Below are positions 1 through 13,269 of a stretch of DNA of 46,279 bases, one piece after another. Position 1 is the stretch's first letter, and each line of letters begins with the position of its first letter. The DNA is taken from assembly GCA_049724395.1 (NCBI GenBank), contig JAUGWO010000150.1, forward strand, positions 62,001 to 108,279, in the 5' to 3' direction. The notes under the pieces were generated by a model. That model searched no databases and had not been told where the DNA came from. It saw only the letters and a list, made by a program, of their open reading frames with translations. This DNA is from Spongospora subterranea f. sp. subterranea (lineage: Eukaryota). The translations under genes were made by a program, and so were the position numbers.

Positions 1-410
1 GCGATATGTGTATGGCATGCTGGTAACAGATCCTCATTCATCATGTGGTGTAACAGCTAATCGATATGTGTATGGCATGCTGGTAACAGTAATCATGTGG
101 TGTAACAGCTAATCGATATGTGTATGGCATGCTGGTAACAGATCCTCCATCATGTGGTGTAACAGCTAATCGATATGTGTGGCATGCTGTAACAGCATTC
201 ATCATGTGGTCGCTAATCGATATGTGTATGGCATGCTGGTAACAGATCCTCATTCATCATGTGGTGTAACAGCTAATCGATATGTGTATGGCATGCTGGT
301 AACAGATCCTCATTCATCATGTGGTGTAACAGCTAATCGATATGTGATGGCATAACAGATCCTCATTCATCATGTGGTGTAACAGCTAATCGATATGTGT
401 AAGGCATGCT
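1..410. repeat. Tandem array of a 60-bp unit (~7 copies, several with internal deletions)
   Basis: The unit GATATGTGTATGGCATGCTGGTAACAGATCCTCATTCATCATGTGGTGTAACAGCTAATC recurs from the window edge to ~410. Confidence 0.95.
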
Positions 411-752
411 GCTACCGCTTTACAGTCGCACCGTAACAACCTTCGCTTGATAAACTTTCAATGTGTTGAATGCCTGCACCTTTAGCGACCATTTTTATCG
501 CTTTGATGTCCAAAATAGAATTCTTATCGTCGCTTGCAAACTTTGGTTAACCTTCAATTTCCGAAAACCCTGTAAAGACTCAGTTGAATGACTTTTCATT
601 CATGTTCCAAAAACGCCAAATCCTACTGCAGTATTTTAACAAACATTGGTATTTTAACAAACATTGGTCAGTAGCAACAAAGAACGTGATGGAGTACGTT
701 TCAACTGGTCAACTTATTAACATTAAAAACCGGTTTATCGCAATGTGTGGGA

Positions 753-2145
753 CTAGGAGGCGTCTACGATTTCTCGTTCGGAAGCTGAATCGCTTGAAGA
801 TTTATCCACATTGACTAGGTCGACATCATGCCGCTGGACCTCTTCCGAACCATCGACTGTCGAACCTTTGCTGAGCAAAGGAACTTGCTTGTTGGATATA
901 ACCATTTGAAAATTCGTGCCAAGAGCTTCCAGTCGTTCCAGAGCGATATTCAACACTTGAAAGCGATGCTTGTAATCATCGGAGGAAGGACCGCCGCGAG
1001 GTGCTTGCCAGACATAGAAACCTTCTGATAGTCGGAAGCCGCAAGCTCTGAGGATGTCATCGGCACCCTGGCAACAATGCACGTTCTGCTCATAATACTG
1101 GCTTGATAAGTTGATCCGATGAAATTGTGTGCGATCGACCCCATGATTGAGCAAATTCTTTACGTAAATTTTCAGAACCGGCACGCATCGTTCGACAACA
1201 CTGGATTGATTGTTGGACGTAACTTGTTCGAATGCACTTTCCAGCATTGCGGTATGTCTTTCTAAGTCGAATATGACTGGGACGCTCGATGAAGCTCCTT
1301 CTAGTAATGCTTGAACAGCAGGTGATAGTGTGGCACGCTGTACAGCGGACTGGTTTGAATCAGCGGAACCCATATTATCTTTTGATAAAGTGTCTAATTT
1401 TCGATTTAACGACGTAAGTGTCTGCTGCATTTCTTCAGACTGTTTTTGTAGCAAAACAATTGATTCAGAAATGTTGTCGTATGACGTTGCTTCACGATGT
1501 CTGGTAACCGCAGCTAAAGTCTCCTTCATCTCTTGTGACTGTTCCTGTAAACTGCGGATGGCATCGCTTACATTATCTGAGGTTTCCACCTTGGACTTGA
1601 GAAATGAAAGCTTTTCGAGCAAGATACGCCGATAAACATATGCAAAACCACCACCTGCGAGAAGAAGAGCGGCGGCGAGGGCGCTGTAAGCCGGGAACCG
1701 AGACGATTGTTGGACTGGCTGGGAATAGGGCGGCTGCATCGGATAATACGTAATTCCTTGTTGCGAATGAGGAACGTATGCAATAGTTTGCGTTTGTGGG
1801 ATATTTGGATATGGAGTTGGAGCTGGAGCCAGTTGTGGCGGGCTAACAACTTCAGAAACAAGGCCTTTCTCAATCGCATCTGCATCAGAAGAACGTGCGT
1901 CAATTTTACGGAATGCTTTACAAATCTCTTCGTTAGTGAGTCCCTTTGATTGAAGAAACGACATTTTCTGGTGCAATGAAGCATTCACAACCTTTGGATC
2001 TGGAACAATGTAAGTATGTCGGCTAGTGACCGCGTAATAAGAAGTTACGTTGTAGGAAGGCCACAGCATTGTTCATTTTCAGTTCTTCCTCCGATACAGG
2101 TGAAGTCGGTGTCATGCCTGGCATCATCTGATCTGGTGACGCCAT
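753..2145 (-). CDS. PEX14: Peroxisomal docking protein PEX14 with C-terminal PUB domain (2 exons: 2145-2049, 1999-753; ~447 aa)
   Basis: Splicing the 49-nt GT-AG intron (2000-2048) restores the Pex14_N motif NAVAFLQHPKVVNASLHQKMSFLQSKGLTNEEI. It is followed by a Pro/Gln linker, a hydrophobic segment (ALAAALLLAGGGFAYVY), a coiled coil and a PUB-like motif. Confidence 0.88.
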
Positions 2146-3101
2146 CGTTGGCGGGGCGTTCCTTGGTTGGACGCCAACCTGAACCACCCTCCTGTCAGCA
2201 GCACTGTTTATTACACAATGACAGAGGTGTACCACAATGATACCTTTTTCTTGGCTTTCCCCCTCCAACTTGCTTGGCAGTTCGGTAACGATACCTTAAC
2301 TGTCTACCTAGAGCCACGTTACGGAGTCGCCTTCGCCTTGCCATGGTGGACGGGTAGATGGGAGAAGAGTTCCAACTAAACATTGTCCACTAATATAGAA
2401 GCACGAGATCACAAGAAACAGTCCAGTGCAGATTTTGTTCAATAATGGAAAACACTTACTGTTGTTAGGATATGGTGCTGCATCGAATTTTGGGACGTTG
2501 CGCAATGGCGCGCAAGGTGCCAGCTGTGCTCCTTCTCACGGTCTTGAGGCTCGTCTGACGCCATTCTCTTTGCCTGTTGAGCTCGAAACATATCATGAAT
2601 CACATGAATTTCAGAGTTTGTTATTTTTTGACAGGCATAGTCGGTATAATGGACCCTTCATGTTGATAATTGAAGACGTGATTGCCCAGTCTGACCAGGC
2701 CGTCTGTGTTTGTTCTACTTTCAAAATCAAAAGTGCCCAAATGCACGCAAGCAGGAATGGCCTATCAGTTATCTCCGACTAAATAATAAACCCTAGAAAA
2801 ACGTTTGCTGAACCGTGTAATTTTGGAAGTGTACAGTATTTCGTTTGAGGATTGCGACGGTCAAAAACGTTCACGGAATTTCAATATTTCACGGTAGGGT
2901 TTGGATTTGTGGGTTACAGTTACACATACATGCCAGAGTACCGGTAACACTTGCCACTTAGCCCCGCTCGGGCCACATTTCATGCTTGGTTGATGGCGAT
3001 AACATTACGGGAATTTTTTGCAGACAGCCTAATTTTTTCCGCATCACTTTTTGGTACCAACTTCGCGCCTCGGCCAAGAATCGGATGCCCTGATTCCTGG
3101 A

Positions 3102-4040
3102 ATGGACGACGCCCTTCTGGACCATTCTGATATCGTCGTGGAGGCACCTGACAGTCCTCCTCCATTATATGATGCTGAATCTGAACGGAATGCTATTAGC
3201 GACGTTATCGACCCGAAATCTGCCCATCTGTTTTCGCTGCTGCTAACTGTGATGGTGGCGTTCTCAGTGTTCAGCTTAATCACAATGTACAGCCCATTAA
3301 CAATCGGAATCGCTGCCGCCGCGTACGCTATATATTTGGCTGAAGCGGTTTTCGTCTCGTCCACGTTTCGGGCGCTTTTGACAAAACCAAAATCGCCTCG
3401 TTTCGTTATCGATCGGATTAGGGCAATGAAGGCAGCATCCCCAATTCTTGAATCAGTCATTCAAGCATATCATTATGAGGTCACTCACTTATTTCCATCT
3501 CTGAGTTTTCGTGCTAAAGATAGCGTTTAGGATCACGATCATGAAATTTTGCATATCGATCATCATGGCCATCGTCACCGACATCGTGAAACGCACCATA
3601 AACGTGTCAACACGCATGTTGCAAAAGAGCCTTTCAGCTATGACTACTTTAGCAACGATGATGATGCGGAATCCAAGTTGCACTCCATACTTCCGTACAA
3701 TATTGTCCGATTGTGCGTTCGCGATCAGATTGTACTGGGCGATGAGTACACCCGAATGGCGTTCAATGACCATGTTCTCTACGTTAGGATGAAATATGGT
3801 CTGGTCGATAGTCATATTGACTATTCTCAGAAGTTTTATACGCCAGATTTCGCACCCACTATGATAATGGCGAATGATTGTTCGCCACCACCATGGTGGA
3901 TGACTTCCTACATTTATATATTTCTCGCAATCCTATTATTAGCATGGCCATATCGGATGCTGTTCCAGTCGCGATGTGTTTCGTTAACGCTCAATCTAAA
4001 GAAATCCATATTCCGTAACCAGCCGGCAATTTTCAAGTAA
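3102..4040 (+). CDS. TMEM151-family membrane protein (exons 3102-3479, 3531-4040; ~295 aa)
   Basis: Two N-terminal TM helices, then AYHYE...KRVNTHVAKEPFSY and PPWW...LLAWPYR, which resemble TMEM151 motifs. A 51-nt GT-AG intron joins the two ORFs in frame. Confidence 0.8.
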
Positions 4041-4567
4041 AGAAAATGATACGTCAAACAAAATGCTTGTGTCCCTTGTCATAGCGGTGTCAAAATGCTA
4101 AAACCAGGAACTCCAGTAATTTATTGCGGACTGGGCATAGAGAGATAATTCTTGGGGTGCGGTGTAGACAGCCATATTTACCCCCTGGTTTTGCTATCAA
4201 AACAGCTGCAGTTTATTCCGTCAAGATGGTGCAGTGTTTTTTCACGGGTGGTATTTGTTGCTGTGTCTCTGCCCTTTGTTGATATTCCCCCAACTGTGTC
4301 GAGAGACGACATCTGTAAAGGACTGCAGAAAGAATGGCTCAAAACAGTCATAAAACCCAGTGTAACGACACGGCCACTTACAGCCGCGAAAACGATTCAG
4401 GCCTCGAACGTTACTCTCCAGTCATGGATTATTGGGCTGCTCTGACCTGAGCTGATCTCGGGGAGGGGGGTCGACCGACTGTATCATTTGATGTCTAAAT
4501 TACTCACTCCTCATTAGGCATTACATATCGACTTTAAACCGATCAATTGTTTACAAGGGAATACCGA

Positions 4568-6335
4568 ATGCATCCGGTTGACGGCGAGGAGAATCCTTTA
4601 TTGTCGGCCGCCTCTGGACCCAATGCCAAGGATCGATCCGAGTTCTGTCGGATCATCCGCCTCAGCCTCGCCTTCTGCGTTGTCTTCATGCCATTCAGTG
4701 GTAATGTTTTTCCTAGAATATCTCTTATCTTGCCACTTAATTATTGTTCAGCTGCTCAGGTAGAAATGCTTTTTTCGGTTCAACGCCTTGACTTTGTGAA
4801 ATTTAACTATATCCGCCAATAGAATTTTCAAACTTCTCAATCAGATCCTATCACAGGGGCTAGGGCTTTAGCTCTGCTTTACATCGCTTTTACGTAATCC
4901 GTACATACCATCGCTCTTGTTTTGATTAACCATTACGTCAATAGGCTGGCTAATCTGGTATCTGGACAGATCGTGCAGGTCCTGGGCCTTCGGGCCAGTA
5001 TGTTTGTTGGATCTATCACATACGTGTCGTTCGTGTTTGCCAACATTCATTATCAAAAATGGATGATCTATTCGACGGCGATCATTTTGGGCTTTGGAGC
5101 GGCGCTGCTATGGACTGCTCAGGGGGCATTTGTCACACGATCATCAAAACTTCATGACCACAAAACGCAACAGGATCAAGGCTCCACACTCGGGGTCTTC
5201 AATGGCGTGTTTTTTGCCATATTTCAGGCGAATCAGTTCTTGGGGAACTTGATCGTGGCAATCATGTTCCAGTTTAAGATGGACGAAGTTACGATTTTCA
5301 AGGTTGGCTTATTATCGTCAAATTTTCTGTTTGCCATAGCGACTTTGTTTTGGTTCAGTTTTGTTCCTTATTCTGCGGAATTGGCTGTTTGGCCATGCTA
5401 TTCGTCTATCCTCCTCCCGGTAATCCAGATTCGCTCATGCCTTTCAAATCCGTTTTGCATGCCATTGGAGCGCAGTTCTACGATAGCCGCTTAATATTAC
5501 TGGTTCCCTATATTCTTCTAAATGGCGCCACACAGTCCTTCATTGTCGGCGATTTTGCGTCATTTGCCACCAAAAACAACATCAGGCTAGTTCTGTTCAT
5601 ATTGGCTAAAATACTCTGCGCTCATAGGCGGTAGGTTTTTCGTCATGGCAGCTTGTGGTGGTTTCGACGCTGTTGCCTCAATTATTTTAGGAAGGCTTTC
5701 TGACAGAATAGGTTAGGGGCGTAATTATCCACAACCATTTGGCTCATCACGAATCTGCTTAGGGCGTTCGCCAGTCATTATGTTTGGGCTGGGGTTGCAC
5801 GCCGGAGTCTGCACCACCATGCTGCTGCTGAGTAGATTGCCCAACTATCACATGCATTTGATAGCCTTGGCCATCTGTTTCGGCACCATTGATGCTGGTA
5901 CAGTCCAATTCCAAGGAAGTGGTTACTGGCTTACTTAACTTTGCAGCATATACAACAAGCGTTTATGCGGTTCTTGGAGGAATGTTCAAGAATCCAGAAG
6001 CTGCGTTTGCCAGTACGTTTAGTTACCGCATCGTATCCTATAATCGATTTAGGGAATTTATTGCGGGATTCCTGTAGATTTCAAATTGTTTCAAAGTGGA
6101 ATGATCGCCGCTGCTTTTTTCTATCGTGATTGGACCGATCTTCAAAGTCGTACGATTATCATATCAGTTCTTATCGTAACCTCAGCAGGTATGTGGGGTG
6201 ATTTCTCCCATAATCCAGATTAACGTGGACACAATCCGTTTAGTAGCGATATTGTATCTACATAAGAACGTCCACACGATCGAGCGGCAACACATATCCA
6301 CACACCGCGATCCTATCCAGGGAATAATTGAATAG
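4568..6335 (+). CDS. UNC-93-like MFS transporter, multi-exon
   Basis: Motifs FMPFSAAQNFQ, GFGAALLWTAQGAFVT and GVFFAIFQANQFLGNL, plus GRLSDRIGR after splicing. About ten short GT-AG introns; stop TAG at 6333-6335. Confidence 0.85.
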
Positions 6336-6433
6336 TTTCAGTCCAATCCAATAAGAAAAAAATGAAAAAATCTATTATTATGTGAGAGATATCGCAGAGA
6401 AAATGGGGCTTTCAGTTGATGAACACTTGAAGG

Positions 6434-6997
6434 TTATAGATATGGGCTGCCATGCATCCCATTAATTGCGTTGTCGTTGTGCTCATCTCCCAGATAACCC
6501 GTCGGACACACCTCTTCCAGGTCGGACACCGTTTTTCTCTGGATCGGCATCAAATGAACCACAGATGTGGTGAGAAAAGTAACGGCGACTATTAGTCCCG
6601 ATGCGAATTTCATCATGACGTCCGCAGCGGTTAACAGCGTTGCATCCGTTGCGTTTGTCCATTGCAAAGAACTCACCAATCTCACATAGTTTTGCGATGT
6701 GGTCTGCGAAAACATCATAACGGTTATGCACTGAATGACGCTCAAAGCCAGCGTCAGAATATGGATCAGAATAAACCCAAATGGTTTCAGGGGATATTTC
6801 CGCTCAACATGCCAAAGCGTTGCCCAACTTTCCACTAGCACAGCCATTATCATCGCCACGATCGATGCCAGGACCGACACTTCTTCCACGACGTTGTGTG
6901 AATCTGGCTCCGTCCATGGCGAACAATAAACGAGTAACAACGCGCATAGACCGATTCTGAACAGCATCAGCGCCCAAACGGACGGTTTAGATATCAT
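6434..6997 (-). CDS. Hypothetical multi-pass membrane protein, 187 aa
   Basis: Single ATG ORF with about four hydrophobic segments, filling the gap between two genes. No family recognised. Confidence 0.6.
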   Translation of the reverse strand: MISKPSVWALMLFRIGLCALLLVYCSPWTEPDSHNVVEEVSVLASIVAMIMAVLVESWATLWHVERKYPLKPFGFILIHILTLALSVIQCITVMMFSQTTSQNYVRLVSSLQWTNATDATLLTAADVMMKFASGLIVAVTFLTTSVVHLMPIQRKTVSDLEEVCPTGYLGDEHNDNAINGMHGSPYL

Positions 6998-7258
6998 GGT
7001 TAAGAGATATAGAAAATCGGATATATTATTGAATATGATGCTAATAGCAGATCGCCATGTTTAAACTTGGGCCAACTCGGCACAAACCGGAACATGACTC
7101 ATCCAAAATCTTTGAGATTAATCACCAAAAAATGCCACCTTGCACAAAAGTGGCGAAAAAACAGACAACGGAAAAATCTGTACAGCAACTGTAAATAGAT
7201 ATTCATGGGCTAGTACGGGTCGATATTCTATGGAAAACAAGAGGTCCTTCTCGGTCCA

Positions 7259-8684
7259 ATGGGAAAAGGCGGTGCTCGTCTGGGTAAATCCGTCAAGGGC
7301 TCGGGGCCCTTATTCCACCCAAACAATGTACCGCGCCGCTCCAACGACGATGAGATTCGGCAACAGACGTTCAGCAGTCGCCTGAGAGCATGGTTCAACA
7401 ATGACGGGGCGAAATTTGTCGCTGGGAATCAGATGAAGCACGACGCCATGAGCGCCATGATTCGGATTGAGACGCTGCAAGGGCGGCGACCAGCCGCTAC
7501 GACATTTCGATACCGATCTCTGTTCCGGCGTCAGCGTCGTACTGAACTGTTATTCAACGGTTTGGAGCAAAGGAATCAAAGCCAAACAAAACTAGCGTTG
7601 TCTGAGAAACAAGCCGAACAGAGATTGGGTCAACTGGACTCGTTTGGCCAAGTCTCCGTGCAAGCGTTTCGATCCTATAGTTCAGGGATAGGACGTCTTG
7701 GGAAGGTCTATATGGCGCATCAACATGAAATGGAAAAAGAGATAGGCGAGCGTTTAGAACAGGTGGTAATGGCAGGAGATCGTGAACTGGAAGAGGCGAC
7801 GGAGCTCGACGAAGGAATCGAGGGTCCAGCAGATGCTCATTTTGAGCTGGAGCAGCAATTAACTTCGTCGACTGGGGAATTCGCAGATAAACGGCACCGG
7901 CTGTTTGTTGCAAACGAAAATACGCTAGAAGCTATGCAGTCGATCTTGAAAGCAAGGATCGCGGATTTGGAATCGGTAAAAACCTGGGACGATTACGGGC
8001 CGGAATCCATGCTAAAGTTAAATTTAGGCGACTGAAACTGAGCGCGAACTTCAACGCAAACAATGTAATACGGATATCCAATCGTACAAAGCTCTGGTCA
8101 GGTCTGATCGAGCTTTAATCCTGAAAGTAGCGACCAACTCCAAATCAATCACCAAGATTCGACAAAGGTTTTTAGAAATGCGACTGGTGAATGAGCATTT
8201 CCGCAGGGTGGAACTTTCACAGAACGACATGTTCCGGGAGAACACGCGAATGGTCGCCAGAATGGCCCATGGGCTTCAGAGAACGGTTGAGCATTGGAGG
8301 CAAACGTGTGATACACGGCTCAAGGATTTGTCCATGATTGCTTTCCAGGAGCGAACGAAACTGAAAGGGGTTGTCAATAAGGCGGCCAGGATTCTGCGAC
8401 GGCTGTCGATCGTGAAGAAAATCGAGAGAGACGTGAACGATATCGATCCAGAGACGCCGCTGCAGAAGAGAATCGCGGAAAGGGCACTGGAGCTGCATAG
8501 ATTGAGGGCGAATTTAGAGTATCTGACCAAGGATAACGACAGGCTGGTGCTTTTACTGAGTCAGATGGCGATCAGGAGCGGAATGTCGCTCGATCGCCTG
8601 ATTCAGCCCAGGAAGCTCACGGTGATGGTGCCACCCGTTCCATCCCGACGTACCTTATCGAGGTCCCAGAGTTCAATCATCTAG
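7259..8684 (+). CDS. Coiled-coil protein resembling dynein regulatory complex subunit DRC2/CCDC65 (exons 7259-7975, 8028-8684; ~457 aa)
   Basis: A 52-nt GT-AG intron joins the two ORFs in frame. The protein is a long coiled coil, and its C-terminal segments KAARILRRLSIVKKIE and ELHRLRANLEYLTKDNDRLVLLLSQ resemble DRC2. It is divergent. Confidence 0.55.
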
Positions 8685-9213
8685 ACAGATTAATACACAC
8701 CGTATCATAGACACGATCCTCTTATTTTCGGGAATTGGGGACCTTTATCCTTATGATGCCGCATCCTGTTCTCGCGTTCGCCCTACTCAAATCCAAATAC
8801 ACCCCGACTATTGATACGACATTGACGCAAAGGGATATAATGGCAACGGTCATGTGATATGCCCAACTACAAAAAAACTGATTTCTCAACTGTTAAGTAC
8901 CTGTTTGGGGCATTCATAGACAAACCCGAGCCGCAACAGACCGCCTAAATTTGGATTTCCGGGAAGGTCCGCAGTCCGGTCATGCGGACGCGCCAACAGT
9001 GCAAACGTCGACTGTTCCGGCCAGGTGTACTAGTATCATGACTGCGGCTCTGTACAGCGCGTCCCTGTTTAGCAGTGGTTACAGTGCGGCGGTATGTGTA
9101 GCGTGTACCCGCCCCAGGTATTCACACTACACACACAGTCCGTCCGCATTGTGAATCATTTCGATAATCGTTATTCAGGTTGAGCCCGAGGGTGGGTTTC
9201 GCTCCGCTGGGTA

Positions 9214-11906
9214 ATGGGTGATCGATCGCCAGCGTCCCAGTATGTGGCTCTCCGGATGTTCTGCATTGTCTGACTGAGATAAATTGTTAGGAGGCGCAAG
9301 TTCAATTTCGACGCGCAATCGTCCGAACTTCCGGGTCGTGAAGATCAGTATTTGTTACCGGTTGAGGATGAAGAGTTCGATTATCGTTCAGATATTGCCA
9401 ACCAGTATGCCGGATATCGCAATCGGCCACTCAATATACTTAACATGCACACGCTCTACGTTTTCCTCGTGATGATGGCGTGCCTGGCGCTGTTAGTCTT
9501 TGTCATCAAGTACGATCCTAACAAAGAGGAGAGCCCGGTGTCTAACATTGACCGCTCGTTCTCGGATGAAGTGAAGATGGCCATGAATATGTCGGTGGAC
9601 CCATGCGAGGATTTCTATCAGGTTTGGTTTCGCCGTTAACTGTTTCCTTGTGCCGATATTTGCTTAGTATTCATGTGGTGGCTGGATTGCCAATGCGGTT
9701 ATCCCTGGCGATAAGGATTCTTATGCAAAATCGTTTACGACACTTTCCGATCGCAACCTAGAAATACTACATGAAATCGTCCAGGGCAGCAAGAATGATC
9801 GCTTGTCGTCGTTGTATCTTTCATGTATGGACGCTGATACTATTGAGCGGAACGGTATGTCCCCACTACGAAAGGAGTTGAATGGGTTGGATGCCGTTGC
9901 CACCATACCCCAGTTGTTCACACTTATCGGAGATATGGAGAAAAGGTTTCACGATACGGTTATGTCGCCTTTCATGCACTGAGCCATTGGTCCAGGCACG
10001 CTGGGTTTTTCTTTGATATTTCGGTTGATGTCGACGCAAAGGACACGAATCAGTACTTGATCTCGATTGGGCAATCAGGACTTTCAATGGGCGATCGCTA
10101 TCTATATCTTGACCCAGTGTTGGCTCATGTCGCTGGCTTTCGAGAACATGTTCAGTCGATGTTCGATCTTGCATCGATTCAACCGTTTCAGCAAAATGTT
10201 TCTCTGTCCCAAGCCATTGATAACATTGTAAACTTCGAAGTCGCTGTTGCGGAATTCACCAAACCGCCCGAGGCGCTTCGGGACCCTGAAGCTGTGTATA
10301 ATATGCGCCCGATTGCTAATTGTACCTCTGAATTCGGTTTTGATTTTTTGCATTATCTCAAGCAAATGGGATTTGAAGACGCAAATGATCAAGTGCGCGT
10401 AAACGCGATCAATCCGGATTTCATCCATGCAATGGGACAGCTCATTGGCGCCACACCAATATCTGTCGTAAAAGATGTCGTCTGTTTCCACATTTTAAAC
10501 TCCATGGCTCAAGTTCTTCCTGCTCCTATTCGAAATGAAAACTTCCGCTTCTTCTCTACAGAACTACGAGGCGTCAAAACTCAGCCTGATCGGTGGAAGA
10601 CCTGTCTAAAGGCAGTTGATCGATATTTGGGCGATGACCTTGGCCAGAAATTTCTCTCTGCTAGCAAGTTCACTGAGAAGGAGAAGAACCTAGCTATTAC
10701 TATTGCCACATCTGTAATTGACGAGTTCAAAGAATCGTTGGGGCACATCTCTTGGATGGATAAGCCAACCAGAAAACTCGCAATACAAAAGGTACCATTA
10801 TGTGTATCGTTCCCCATCTCTACTAACTGTCTAAATTTGTTCTGTCAGTTAGAACAAATCAAAGTTTTGATGGGGTATCCTAAACACTGGATTGATTATG
10901 GTGCCCTCCACCTTGACAACGGGCAGTTCGCTGAAAATGTCCTTCGTTCGCGGCAGTTTCTACACGAAGAAGCTATCCAGCGAATGTCCCACCCAGTCGA
11001 TCCTTATCGCTTTTTGATGACAACCCCGACAGTCAATGCATACTACGAACCAACATTGAATTCCATTAACTTTCCAGCCGGAATCCTGCAACATCCCTTT
11101 TTTTTACGTCTGCGGCCACTGTTCCTCGTGCGATGAACTATGGCGGCATCGGAACGTATGTATTAAGGGTCTTCACTCGTTTTCTATACGTGTTGATTAG
11201 TTTAGTGTAATTGGGCACGAACTTGTTCACGGATTTGATGATGAAGGGCGAAAGTACGACGGAAAGGGAATTCTTCATCAATGGTGGCCAGACGAGGTGT
11301 TCAACTTTCCTATGTTTTGTTCGCGCTGTATTGAATCCTTCCAGGTATCACAAAGATTTAACGAACGTGCGGAATGGTTGGGTCAGCAATATGCTTCATT
11401 TCCATATTCAGAAAGATCGATTAATCCCAAATTAACAATGGGCGAGAACATTGCGGATAATGGCGGTGTCGCAGGTTAGCGTGTTCTAGTATGACCGGGT
11501 TTGTCTGAACTATTTACCTGTTTCAGCGGCATTCAAAGCGTTTATAAAGGCCAGTGCCGAAGAACCTGACCAGGAGCTATGGCCAGGTTTTGACAACAAA
11601 AAACTCTTCTTTGTCGCCATGGCGCAAAAGTAATCTCTTCAATACTGTTTGTGATTGTAGCTGACAATTCACTGATCTAGCTGGTGTGTGCGCGTGACTC
11701 CTGAAAGGGCGGCATTATCTTTGAAAACGGACCCTCACAGCCCTGCAAGGTTATCATTATTGATTCCCGAAGCTGACTGGTTACTCACTTTTCGTTTCAG
11801 CGCCCGAGTATCTGTTCCTTTGATCAATAGTCCTGAATTCGCTGAAACGTTTCAGTGCCCTGTTGGCGCTACTCTTAACCCAGAAAATAAGTGCATAATC
11901 TGGTAG
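9214..11906 (+). CDS. M13 family zinc metallopeptidase (neprilysin/ECE-like), type II membrane protein
   Basis: N-terminal TM, VDPCEDFYQ, VNAYY, NSINFPAGILQ, GHELVHGFD (HExxH), GENIADNGG, DPHSP and a C-terminal CIIW. Short introns; one apparent frameshift in the T8 run at 11098-11105. Confidence 0.93.
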
Positions 11907-12330
11907 ATCAGATTGTCAAATCATAATACATGTTGTGAATCGTTTGTTAGCTTTTTTCCTGGTCAATCTTTTGTAGCAATTTGCGAAACACAGAGTTAAT
12001 AGGAGTATTGTAGAGTGTTCCTGCCAACTTCATTTCAAAATGGAAACTCGATTGTAACTCGTAGTAACTGTTGCGAGGATGTAGAGTGTTTGATTCATGA
12101 TGGACGTTAAATGTTCTGCCCTGATTGCAGTAGAAGTTCAGTCTACCTGTAGACTACGTTGATAAAGAAATGGGTCGATTTTTCTTCAAAGCGACGGCCT
12201 GTCTCCAGTTGGATAATTAATTACGAGCAGAATAACCACACTACTTCAGTCGATTTGAGAAAGTGATTGGTTAATCAAGACATTGTAGCGAAACCAGAAC
12301 ACCATTAATCGCGCCGAAAATTCAACAGTT

Positions 12331-13077
<747 letters not shown>

Positions 13078-13232
13078 TCCCCAACTACTGTTAAATCAAT
13101 GGGGGCACAAGCTGCATTGACAATGGCCAACAAAAACGGGCCGATAGAAAACTCCGGACAAACCCCATTCAAAGTCGAGATTGCCAACGATAAAAAAAGT
13201 TTGGGTTGTCAATGGTATCGCTGAAAGATATG

Positions 13233-13269
13233 ATTAATGGGGAAATGGGATTAATGGGGAAATGGGATT
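13233..13269. repeat. 17-bp direct duplication forming a canonical G-quadruplex motif in the TAD2/MYST divergent intergenic region
   Basis: ATTAATGGGGAAATGGG occurs twice, giving G4-N4-G3-N6-G4-N4-G3 at 13239-13266. Confidence 0.7.

Noticed and set aside
1..410. CRISPR-like array
   Set aside because: There are no unique spacers, and variation between units is only deletion of the same sequence. No cas genes; eukaryotic context.
631..669. 18-bp direct duplication GTATTTTAACAAACATTG
   Set aside because: A simple local duplication in the PEX14 3' region, with no element between the copies.
2426..2782. 118-aa ORF between PEX14 and TMEM151-like
   Set aside because: Non-ATG start, no motifs, and it lies in a divergent promoter region.
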